Assembly: GCA_965207225.1 (NCBI GenBank)
Contig: CBDBLV010000005.1
Coordinates: forward strand, 1,824,001 to 1,888,000
Origin: Dehalococcoidia bacterium
GTDB lineage: Bacteria; Chloroflexota; Dehalococcoidia; Plut-88900
DNA length: 64,000 nt
Direction of reading: 5' to 3'
A program made the position numbers and the translations under genes. Shown here one piece after another: positions 9,590 to 18,600 of the stretch; position 1 is the stretch's first letter; every line of letters starts with the position of its first letter. The notes beneath the pieces are model-generated. The model was not told where the DNA came from. It searched no databases and was given only the letters and a program-made list of their open reading frames with translations.

Positions 9590-10825
9590 ATGATAGGAGG
9601 TGGGTTAGTGAGAGAGTTATACGAGTTGAAGGGCGATGGAAGCTCGATCCGAGGGATATCGAGGGAGTTGGGGATTTCCCGGAACACCGTGCGCAAGTAC
9701 GTGCGCTCCGACGAGGTGCCCAAGGCCAAGCGGCGAGAGAAGCAGGGGTCGAAGCTGGACCCATACAAGGGTCACATAGATGGTCGGCTGTCGGCGGGAG
9801 TGGACAACTGCGTGGTGCTGCTGCGGGAGATCCGGGAGTTGGGCTACGACGGCAGCTATCCGACGCTGACCAACTACGTGCGGCCTCGGCGTCGGCCGCG
9901 TCAGCCCCGTGCGACGGTGCGGTTCGAGACGGCGCCAGGCGAGCAGGCACAGGTGGACTGGGGCAGCTTCGCCTATGTCGGAGAGGACGGGCGCAAGCAC
10001 CGGGTCTGGGCCTTCGTGATGGTGCTGAGCTGGTCTCGGACCATCTACGTGGAGTTCGTCCGGCGCGCCGACGTGGCGACCTTCATCAGGTGCCACGTGA
10101 ACGCCTTCGAGTACTTCGGTGGTGTTCCCCGCCGCTGCCTGTACGACAACGCCAAGGTGGTGGTCCTGGGGCGTGACAGGGAGGGCAGGCCGGAGTGGAA
10201 CAGCCGGATGCTGGACTTCTCACTGCGAATGGGCTTCGACCTCCGTCTGTGCCGACCCTACCGAGCGCAGACGAAGGGCAAGGTGGAGAGCGGCGTGAAG
10301 TACGTCCGGGGCAACCTGTGGCCCGGTGTCCGCTTCACCGACGACGCAGACATGAACCGCCAGGCCCTGGAGTGGTGCGATGCGGTGGCCAATCGGCGAG
10401 TCCATGGGACGACGCACCGGGTCCCCCGAGAGATGCTGGCTGAGGAGCTCGCCCACCTGGGCAGCCTGCCGCCGCGTTCGGGCCTTGCGCCCTACATGCG
10501 GGAGGAGCGGAAGGTGGCCAGGGACGGCTACGTCCACTGGGAGAGGTCTCGCTACGGCGTGCCCTGGAGCTGGGCGGGTTCGACGGTCCAGGTGGGTGTG
10601 CGGGCCGGTACGGTGGAGGTCTGGTCGGGCGACGTGCGGCTGGCGGTGCATCCCCAAGCCCAGCGGACCGGTCAGCGCCTCACACTGCCGGGCCAGTGGG
10701 ACGGACTGCCCGGCGGCGATGATCGTCCTCGTAAGGAAGCCGTGGCGGTGCAGATCCCTGTGGGCCAGGTGGAGCGCCGCTCCCTGGAGGTGTACGAGTT
10801 GGCAGCGGTGGGAGGTGGGCGATGA
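9590..10825 (+). CDS. istA: IS21 transposase IstA
   Basis: N-terminal HTH (ISRELGISRNTVRKY), RFETAPGEQAQVDWG, YDNAK, KGKVES. Confidence 0.95.
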   Translation: MIGGGLVRELYELKGDGSSIRGISRELGISRNTVRKYVRSDEVPKAKRREKQGSKLDPYKGHIDGRLSAGVDNCVVLLREIRELGYDGSYPTLTNYVRPRRRPRQPRATVRFETAPGEQAQVDWGSFAYVGEDGRKHRVWAFVMVLSWSRTIYVEFVRRADVATFIRCHVNAFEYFGGVPRRCLYDNAKVVVLGRDREGRPEWNSRMLDFSLRMGFDLRLCRPYRAQTKGKVESGVKYVRGNLWPGVRFTDDADMNRQALEWCDAVANRRVHGTTHRVPREMLAEELAHLGSLPPRSGLAPYMREERKVARDGYVHWERSRYGVPWSWAGSTVQVGVRAGTVEVWSGDVRLAVHPQAQRTGQRLTLPGQWDGLPGGDDRPRKEAVAVQIPVGQVERRSLEVYELAAVGGGR

Positions 10826-11625
10826 TCGCGCTGGAACAGGCTCGCCAGCACCTGGAGACGCTGGGCCTCAAGCAGGCCGTCGAAGCCCTGGACAACTCCC
10901 TGGACGCTGCGGCCACCAAGAAACTGACCTACCCCGAGATGCTGGCAGAGCTACTCGGCGTGGAAGTGGCCGCCCGGAAGGAGCGGTACATGTCCACCAG
11001 GACGAAGCTGGCTCACCTCCCCTTCCACCGGACCTTGGAGCAGTTCGACTTCTCGTTTCAGCCCTCCATCGACGAGCGACAGGTGCGGGAACTGGCCGGC
11101 CTGTCCTTCGTCGCCGAAGCCACCAACCTGCTGCTCCTGGGACCGCCAGGTGTGGGCAAGACCCATCTGGCGGTGGCCCTAGCGCTCAAGGCCATCGAGA
11201 AGAGCCAGGGGGCCTACTTCGTCCGAGCCTACGACCTGATGGAGGACCTGAGGAAGGCCAGGGTGGAGAACAACCTCCAACGGCGCATGCGGGTCTACCT
11301 GTCGCCCAAGCTACTCATCGTGGACGAGTTCGGCATCTGGCCTTACGACCGGGACGCCTCCACCGCCTTCTTCACCCTGGTGTCGGCTCGCTATGAGCGG
11401 GGCAGCATCATCCTCACCTCCAACAAGGGCTTCGCCGAGTGGGGTGAGCTTCTGGGCGATACCGTCATCGCCTCGGCCATCCTGGACCGGCTGCTGCACC
11501 ACAGCCACGTCCTCAACATCCGAGGCGAGAGCTACCGGCTTAAAGGCAAGAGGCAGGCCGGACTCTTCGCCTCCCATCAACTGCTATCGACATCGCCTGA
11601 AGCCGCTAGCTCCGGCGACGTCTAA
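10822..11625 (+). CDS. istB: IS21 helper ATPase IstB
   Basis: GPPGVGKTHLA Walker A, LLIVDEFG Walker B, TSN, AILDRLLHH, GESYRL; ATGA overlap with istA. Confidence 0.96.
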   Translation: MIALEQARQHLETLGLKQAVEALDNSLDAAATKKLTYPEMLAELLGVEVAARKERYMSTRTKLAHLPFHRTLEQFDFSFQPSIDERQVRELAGLSFVAEATNLLLLGPPGVGKTHLAVALALKAIEKSQGAYFVRAYDLMEDLRKARVENNLQRRMRVYLSPKLLIVDEFGIWPYDRDASTAFFTLVSARYERGSIILTSNKGFAEWGELLGDTVIASAILDRLLHHSHVLNIRGESYRLKGKRQAGLFASHQLLSTSPEAASSGDV

Positions 11626-11924
11626 ATCCCAGAGGCACTCTTGCTTGCCAGAAAGGAGGCGACTTAACGACAAGGTGGGTCAGTTCTAACTTAGCGGAAA
11701 AGGGTCAAATCTAACTTAGCATTGACAATGTCAAGCGACTGCGATGAACTCTTCGCAGGCTGGCCGCTTCACGTCTCGCAGCTCTTCCCCACTGACCGAC
11801 TTCACCTTGGGCGAGCTGCGTCTTCTTTCACCCCGGTCTCCCATGCGTTTGCATCGCTGGCGGTCCGGGTGCGTCTTAGGAACGGAGTCAACGGCACACA
11901 ACATTGAGCAAGGAGGTAACGCAC

Positions 11925-12439
11925 ATGGACGAATCAAGGGCACAGGACAACGGAGAAGGAGGTACGAGCATGGCGGAGCAGTACGTCGGACCCAGCGCGG
12001 CGCGGATCGCAGACCTGCTTCCGCATCGCGTGAGTTTCCACAACGGGTGGTTCTGGACCAGCACGGCGGTGTGCCACGGCGGGAAGTCCGATGGGCTGGC
12101 GTTTCGGCAGAGGCCCGACGGCAACGGCATCGACGTACGGTGCCACACACGGGGCTGCGGTCGGGCGTGATGGTCACCGAGCTTGAGGCCCTCACCGGTC
12201 TGCCGATCTGGACGGCCTGCGAGCCGGTCAGGGACGCGGCGGTTGGGGCTGAGGCCAAGAAACCCTGGTGGAAGCGGAAGAAGGTCGTGGTGGCCGGGGT
12301 CGTCGCCCTGGTCGTCGCCGCGCCGCTGCTCACCCTCGACCTGGAGCTGTTCTTCCTGAACCTGTTCGGCCTGGGCATCGGCTGGCTGCTGCTCAGGCGG
12401 TTCATGCCCCGTCGTTCGGCGCGGAGGTTCCGTCGCTGA
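11925..12439 (+). pseudogene. Frameshifted gene: primase-like zinc-binding domain plus two predicted TM helices
   Basis: RBS AAGGAGG, ATG 11925; CHGG...LAFRQ...IDVRCHTRGC. Adding one G at GGG 12163-12165 joins this to VMVTELEALTGL...KPWWKRKKVVVAGVVALVVAAPLL...LFFLNLFGLGIGWLLL. Confidence 0.6.
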
Positions 12440-12474
12440 CGGCTTCGGGCTTCTCACAACCCATCACAACACGC

Positions 12475-12511
12475 AGGGGTCGCTCTCTCCGAGGGCGGCC
12501 CCTACTTCTTT
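12475..12511 (+). terminator. Intrinsic terminator-like hairpin
   Basis: AGGGGTCGCTCTC-TCC-GAGGGCGGCCCCT stem (includes G-U pairs) followed by ACTTCTTT. Confidence 0.55.
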
Positions 12512-12568
12512 GCCCGCAAGCGGGCGTAACGGATTCAAGGCAACACACAGGCACGAAGGAGGTGCGTA

Positions 12569-13075
12569 ATGACGACGGCAACGGCAGCAATCGGCACTTG
12601 GACGATGGAGACCACAGAGACGATGCGGCCCAGGCGCAGCCTGGAGGAACTGGTGGACCGGGTGTTCGCGGCGATGGGATTCACGGGGGAGACGGAGACT
12701 CAGCCGGTTGAGCGGAGCGCAACCCGCTCCATCCACGAGGCGAGGCGGCTCAGGCAGGCCGGGGACATCGACAACGCGCTGGCAGTGCTGGGAGACGTGA
12801 ACGTGGCTGGGGCCACGCCGAGGGAGGTCCGCTGGGCCTTCTCCGAGTGGAAGCAGATGGTCAGGCGGCGGTTCGAAGACCGGGGCGCCGTGCTCTACAG
12901 CCAGGGCACGGGCAGGGCCTCGGCGCTGGTTCCCCACGGCGACGGGACGCTGGAGGTGGCTGCGGTCCTGGGAATGCGCTGGCGGCCCGGCAAGGTCGTT
13001 TCGGGGCGCAGCCTCCGGGGCCTCCAGCCTCTCGTATCGAGTACGAGGCAGGCTCTAGCGAAGGCTTGCCCTTGA
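12569..13075 (+). CDS. Hypothetical protein of the ICE-like block
   Basis: RBS AAGGAGGTG before ATG; GC3-biased codons; no recognised domain. Confidence 0.65.
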   Translation: MTTATAAIGTWTMETTETMRPRRSLEELVDRVFAAMGFTGETETQPVERSATRSIHEARRLRQAGDIDNALAVLGDVNVAGATPREVRWAFSEWKQMVRRRFEDRGAVLYSQGTGRASALVPHGDGTLEVAAVLGMRWRPGKVVSGRSLRGLQPLVSSTRQALAKACP

Positions 13076-13304
13076 TCCGGCTCTCCGCACCCTCCTCGGT
13101 CGCATCGGCGGCGCGGTTGTTCTTGCAACCTGGGCGAGGACGCGCTGCCTTCTTACACCTGCTTGCTTGGGCCGAGTGCGCCGCTAGCTAGCTCTCCCCT
13201 CGTCCCGACTCTCCACATCGTTTGCCACGCCGGAGCCTGACCAGTACAGCGACACGGAGGACGCCGCAGCCGGCCATCGGCCACAACGACAACACAAAAC
13301 CCAC

Positions 13305-13390
13305 GGAGACAGTCCCGGCCATTCGGGACAACCAATTCAGAGCGGGACTGTCTCCACCCCACGGGGGTGGTAGGCCGTCCCGCTTCTTCA
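13305..13390 (+). promoter_or_regulatory. Attenuator-like leader with competing terminator and antiterminator stems
   Basis: GGAGACAGTCCCG (13305-13317) is the perfect complement of CGGGACTGTCTCC (13343-13355), which is also the 5' arm of the hairpin at 13342-13383 followed by TTCTTC. Confidence 0.6.
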
Positions 13391-13407
13391 TTGAAAGGAG
13401 AAGCGAC

Positions 13408-14565
13408 ATGACGACGGCAACCACGACGAGGACCAATCGGACCAAGGACACGGAAACCACGCCGGATGCGGCGGCGACCGCCGAGCGCAGGGGCAAGCCC
13501 GAGAGCGAGCTCAGGGCCGCCGCCAGGAAGCGCGGCCTCACCTTGAAGGAGCTTGCGGCCCTGATGGGCGTCAGCGCAAGCCACCTCTCCCAGGTCGGCA
13601 CAGGCAAGAAGCCCTGGACCCCCAACCTGCGGGAGAAGGCGATGGCCGTGCTGGGAGAGGTCCCCGGACAGGGCATCGTCTACCGACAGACCCGCGAGGT
13701 AGATGCAGAAAGTACCTTCATCCGGGAGCGCGCACGCGAGATAGGAATCACCATGCTGGAACTGTCCGACCGGTCGGGAGTGAGCTACGGCTACCTGACG
13801 CAGGTGGCAAGGGGACGCCGGAACATGGGACCCAAGGTGCAGGCCAGCATCGAGTCGGCGCTTGGGGTGGCGGCCAGGGTCGCCCCCGCACAGTGCGCCA
13901 ACCGCCAGGGCGACGTGATCGAGGGCGACGGCAGCAGCTTCATCAGGGAGACCGCCCGCGCCCTCGGACTAACCATGAGGGAGCTGGCCGAGAAGGTCGG
14001 CGTGTCCGCCGGGTACCTCAGCCAGGTGTCCAGAGGGCACCGTAGCATGGGGGTGAAGCTCCAGGCCAGGGTCGAGGCCATGCTTGGGGGACGGGCGAAG
14101 GTCGCGTCCGCCCAGTGCCCCAACCTCGACCAACAGGCCGTCTGGGACCGGATGAAGGAGCTCGACGTCAGCCAGAACGAGGTGGCGCGTAGGGCGGGCA
14201 TCAGCTCCGGTCACCTCTCCCAGATCATGAACGGCAGAAGCACCCCGTCAGCCGTGGTCCTCAGGAAGTTGCACGGGGCGCTGTTCCGGCGGGCGGAGGA
14301 CTCGGAGCGGGTGATGCCCGCGGCCTTGAAGGTCCTGGGCTGGAAGAAGGGGGAGCGCAGCGGGATGGTGGTGCACGGCGCTCGCGGCAGGGACGGCACG
14401 GCCAGGGGCGGCGCGGTCCGCGTCGGCGGTCGCGTGCCCTGGGGAGCGGAGGTGGAGTACGCCTTCCGCGCCGGGTACGACGGCGCAGGGAAGGTGTCCG
14501 TGGACCACGTGGTCGCCCCGGGCTACGCCGCACTGCTGACACAGCCCCAGGCCGGAGCCGCGTAA
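13408..14565 (+). CDS. Protein with four tandem XRE-type HTH domains and an unknown C-terminal domain
   Basis: RBS GAAAGGAG, ATG 13408; GLTLKELAALMGVSASHLSQV, GITMLELSDRSGVSYGYLTQV, GLTMRELAEKVGVSAGYLSQV, DVSQNEVARRAGISSGHLSQI. Confidence 0.9.
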   Translation: MTTATTTRTNRTKDTETTPDAAATAERRGKPESELRAAARKRGLTLKELAALMGVSASHLSQVGTGKKPWTPNLREKAMAVLGEVPGQGIVYRQTREVDAESTFIRERAREIGITMLELSDRSGVSYGYLTQVARGRRNMGPKVQASIESALGVAARVAPAQCANRQGDVIEGDGSSFIRETARALGLTMRELAEKVGVSAGYLSQVSRGHRSMGVKLQARVEAMLGGRAKVASAQCPNLDQQAVWDRMKELDVSQNEVARRAGISSGHLSQIMNGRSTPSAVVLRKLHGALFRRAEDSERVMPAALKVLGWKKGERSGMVVHGARGRDGTARGGAVRVGGRVPWGAEVEYAFRAGYDGAGKVSVDHVVAPGYAALLTQPQAGAA

Positions 14566-14789
14566 GGGAATCCGCAGCATGGACGGCCCAGACGGAGCCG
14601 CACACAAGACGAAGGCTTGCTGGCTGACGGAGCTTCGCACTCTCAAGCAGACATCCAGGACGTTTGCCGGAACCCAAGCCCCCGGTGGGGGCGTAGTGCG
14701 TCTTCTGTAGACCGCCCCAGGCGGGGCAGCGCAGCGCACTTGGGTTCCGGCGGCGTCCTAGGGTCATCACAAATCAAGGGGACGACACC

Positions 14790-14995
14790 ATGAACCTCGG
14801 AGACTTCATGGACACCTATCGCGACGCCGTCGCCCAGCGGGTGGTGGCGTCCTACCCGCCGCTGTACCGGCCCCCGCATCAAGTGCGGGACAGGCTCTCG
14901 GAGAACGGCGGCGAGTTGCCCCGCCTGCTCAGGAATCCCTGGGGGCGCAGGCCGACGCCATCAGGGGCGCGGCCCTCTCCCTACAGACCCACCCG
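14790..14995 (+). pseudogene. N-terminal remnant of an ICE-type SF2/SNF2 helicase, frameshifted and cut before Walker A
   Basis: MNLGDFMDTYRDAVAQRVVASYPPLY...LLRNP; adding one C at 14937-14939 continues LGAQADAIRGAALSLQTHP (Q-motif-like). The expected GxMGTGKT never appears. Confidence 0.6.
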
Positions 14996-15036
14996 GTCAG
15001 CCGTACGCGGTGCAGTAAAAAGGCGACATGCCATGG

Positions 15037-15558
15037 TCAGCGTGATTGACGGATTCTTGCCCACAGCCGGAGCGTCCCGCCGACGCTAACCGCCGCCAGC
15101 GTGGCCACGATCAGGCCCGTCTTCACCACGGTGAACACGGCGGCCAGCCAGGTCAGCGGAGAAGGCTCGCCGTCGTAGCTCAGGGCGAGCGCAGCGACGG
15201 TTGTATTCTCCAGCACATCCGCAAGGGCGAGGGCCAGCGGCAGCAGATACAGCGGCGCCCCGCCTCGAAAGAGCCGGAACAGCAGGACGGCGAACAGCAG
15301 GCCGTACGAGACCGGGAAGACCATGTCGACGGTGAGCGCGGCGGTCGCATAGACGACCCTTGCGCTGGCGTCGAGCCGGTCCAGAGCGTCGAAGAGGGCC
15401 GCCGCCTCTGCAGGTGTGTACCAGCCCCGACCGTCGAGCAAGTCCAGTCCTCCCAGCCGCGCCTGCCGCCAAGCGAGTCCCGCCACACAACCGACGACGC
15501 CAATCAGGGCTGCGACCGTCATTCGCCAGGTTGCGAATCGCTCCACCATCCTGCCCAT
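15037..15558 (-). CDS. Uncharacterised multi-pass membrane protein
   Basis: RBS GGAGGTG; about four hydrophobic segments; LLD..WYT, DMVFPVSY and ADVLEN motifs. Confidence 0.75.
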   Translation of the reverse strand: MGRMVERFATWRMTVAALIGVVGCVAGLAWRQARLGGLDLLDGRGWYTPAEAAALFDALDRLDASARVVYATAALTVDMVFPVSYGLLFAVLLFRLFRGGAPLYLLPLALALADVLENTTVAALALSYDGEPSPLTWLAAVFTVVKTGLIVATLAAVSVGGTLRLWARIRQSR

Positions 15559-15630
15559 ATGCAATGCCTTCACCTCCGCTAAACCGGGTGCCTCCTCAGG
15601 ACCTGCCCATCACCCGCCCCGTGGTGCAGA

Positions 15631-15670
15631 GCAAGGGGGCCTGGGCAGTGTTGCCGCAGGCCCCCCTTGC
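15631..15670 (-). terminator. GC-rich stem-loop downstream of the adhesin gene
   Basis: GCAAGGGGGCCTG...CAGGCCCCCCTTGC inverted repeat about 30 bp after the stop; no strong U-tract. Confidence 0.45.
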
Positions 15671-15698
15671 ATCCTCTTGCCGGTCCGGCCGGGCCGGA

Positions 15699-18600
15699 CT
15701 AGTCGTCGTCCACGATGGTCATGGTTCCCACGGCGTCGGGCGGGTAGAGGGTCCCGGGCAGGTACGCCTCCACCACGAAGTACTCGTCCGGCTCCTCATC
15801 GTCGTCGTACTCCAGCCACACCTCCGCCGTCAGCTCCGTCACCCCCGGCGCGAACACCAGCTCACCCTCCGTGTACTGATAGTCGGTCATGTGCGCCCGG
15901 TCGTCCAGCAGGTGGTACGCAGGCGCGGTGTTCCATCTGATCCTGATCTCCTCGGTGGACGCCTCGGACAGCCGCACCCGGAACTCCAGCACGTCGCCCT
16001 CCACCGCCGACGCGGCCTCGACGGTGACGGTTATCTCCACCTCAGGGGCCGCGTCGTCGTTGTCTGCCACGCCGACCGTGGCCGCGCCCTGGGTCGAGGA
16101 CACCGTGTAGCCGCTGCCCGCGTTCACCGTGGCCGTCACCGACCCGTCGGTCTCGTCAGTAGTATCGTCCGTGGTGCCGACGGTGAGGGTGACGCTGCCC
16201 GTGGTGGGTATCGTCACCGTGCGCCGGCCCGTGGTCGCGCCGTAGTCGCCGCTCTGGGAGACCGTGACGCTCACCGCCAGGTTGGACGCCGGGGCCGGGA
16301 TGGCCGTCACCGTGAAGACGGCGTCCCCGCCCTCGGTCACCCCGCTGCCAGCGGTGACGCTCACCACCGGCGTGGGGGCGTCGTCGTTGTCGGCCACGCC
16401 GACCGTGGCCGCGCCCTGGGACGAGGACACCGTGTAGCCGCTGCCCGCGTTCACCGTCGCGATGACCGAGCCGTCGGTCTCGTCAGTAGTATCGTCCGTG
16501 GTGCCGACGGTGAGGGTGACGCTGCCCGTGGTCGGGACGGTCACCGTGCGCTTCCCCGTGGTCGCGCCGTAGTCGCCGCTCTGGGACACCGTGACGCTCA
16601 CCGCCAGGCTGGACGCCGGGGCCGGGCTGGCCGTCACCGTGAAGCTGGCGGCACCGCCCTCGGTCACCCCGCTGCCCGCGGTGACGCTCACCACCGGCGT
16701 GGGGGCGTCGTCGTTGTCGGCCACGCCGACCGTGGCCGCGCCCTGGGACGAGGACACCGTGTAGCCGCTGCCCGCGTTCACCGTCGCGGTGACCGAGCCG
16801 TCGGTCTCGTCAGTAGTATCGTCGGTGGTGCCGACGGTGAGGGTGACGCTGCCCGAAGTCGGGACGGTCACCGTGCGCTGGCCTGTGGTCGCGCCGTAGT
16901 CGCCGCTCTGCGACACCGTGACGCTCACGTCCAGGTTGGACGCCGGGGCCGGGCTGGCCGTCACCGTGAAGACGACGTCGCCGCCCTCGGTCACCCCGCT
17001 GCCAGCGGTGACGCTCACCACCGGCGTGGGGGCGTCGTCGTTGTCGGACACCGCCACCGTGGCCGCGCCCTGGGACGAGGACACCGTGTAGCCGCTGCCC
17101 GCGTTCACCGTGGCCGTGACCGACCCGTCGGTCTCGTCAGTAGTATCGTCCGTGGTGCCCACGGTGAGGGTGACGCTGCCCGTGGTGGGTATCGTCACCG
17201 TCCGCTGGCCCGTGGTCGCGCCGTAGTCGCCGCTCTGCGAGACCGTGACGCTCACGTCCAGATTGGACGAAGGCGCCGGGCTGGCCGTCACCGTGAAGAC
17301 GGCGTCGCCGCCCTCGGTTATCCCGCTTCCAGCGGTGACGCTCACCTCAGGCGTGGGCGGCGGTGGCGTCTGCGCTGACGCCGCCTCCAGCGCCGTCAGC
17401 TCGGTCACCACCTCGTCCCACACGGGGCTGCTGTGTTTGTCCGCCATGTCCTGGGCCTCGGACGCCGTCATCGGGCCGCCCGTGACGCCGGCGCCGTCGT
17501 GCTCGCCGAAGGCGACGAGCACCCGGTTCCAACGGTTCACGTGGGCCGTCCCGTGCTGCGTCTGCGACGCCAGCTCCCTGACCTTCGCGATCACGTCCGG
17601 GTCCACCGTGTAGCCCGTCTGCTCCTCAACGACCGGGTCGTCGTTGTCTGCGACGCCGACCGTGGCAGCCCCCTGGGACGAGGACACCGTGTAGCCGCTG
17701 CCCGCGTTCACCGTGGCCGTCACCGACCCGTCGGTTTCGTCAGTAGTATCGTCCGTGGTGCCGACGGTGATGGTGACGCTGCCCGTGGTGGGGACGGTCA
17801 CCGTGCGCTGGCCCGTGGTCGCGCCGTAGTCGCCGCTCTGCGACACCGTGACGCTCACGTCGAGGTTGGCGGCGGGGGCGGGGTTTGCGCTGACGGTGAA
17901 GCTTGCGCTGCCGCCCTCGGTGATGCCGCCGCCCGCGCTGACGCTCACCACCGGCGTGGAGGCGTCGTCGTTGTCGGACACGGCCACCGTGGCCGCGCCC
18001 TGGGACGAGGACACCGTGTAGCCGCTGCCCGCGTTCACCGTCGCGGTGACCGAGCCGTCGGTCTCGTCGGCGTTATCGTCCGTGGTGCCCACGGTGAGGG
18101 TGACGCTGCCCGTGGTGGGTATCGTCACCGTGCGCTGGCCCGTGGCCGCGCCGTAGTCGCCGCTCTGGGACACCGTTACGCTCACGTCCAGGTTCGCGGT
18201 CGGGGCCGGGCTGGCCGTCACCGTGAAGACGGCGTCGCCGCCCTCGGTCACCCCGCTGCCAGCGGTGATACTCACCTCGGGCGTGGGCGGCGGCGGCGGC
18301 GTCTGCGCCGCGGCCGCTTCCAGGGCGGTCAGCTCGACGACCACCAGGTCCCAGACGGGGCTGCTGTGATTGTCGGCCATGTCCTGGGCCTCGGACGCCG
18401 TCATCGGGCCGCCGGTGACGCCGGTGCCGTCGTGCTCGCCGAAGGCCAGCAGCACCCGGTTCCAGCGGTTCACGTGGGCCGCGCCGTGCTGCGTCTGCGA
18501 CGCCAGCTCCTTGACCCTGGCGATCGTTCCCTGGTTGACCGTGTAGCCGCCGTCGTCGTCGGACACGACCACGACGGCCGTCCCCTGGGACGAGGACACC

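Larger units (their letters stand above)
9482..11727 (+). mobile_element. IS21-family insertion sequence, intact, with 4-bp target duplication ATGT
   Basis: Ends TG...CA; left TGTTAGTGCTAACTCTAAACTGACCC..GAATTGACCCACC versus right reverse complement TGTCAATGCTAAGTTAGATTTGACCC..GAACTGACCCACC; ATGT at 9478-9481 and 11728-11731. Confidence 0.95.
9388..14995 (+). mobile_element. Decayed ICE/conjugative-element segment (GC-rich, co-oriented small genes with structured leaders)
   Basis: Co-oriented ORFs with strong RBSs, a multi-HTH regulator, a zinc-finger ORF and the N-terminus of an ICE-type helicase; two frameshifts and an IS21 insertion. Boundaries approximate. Confidence 0.6.

Noticed and set aside
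16051-18288. Tandem repeats as CRISPR or a diversity-generating retroelement TR/VR pair
   Set aside because: They are in-frame 327-bp coding units with no unique spacers, and there is no reverse transcriptase in the window.
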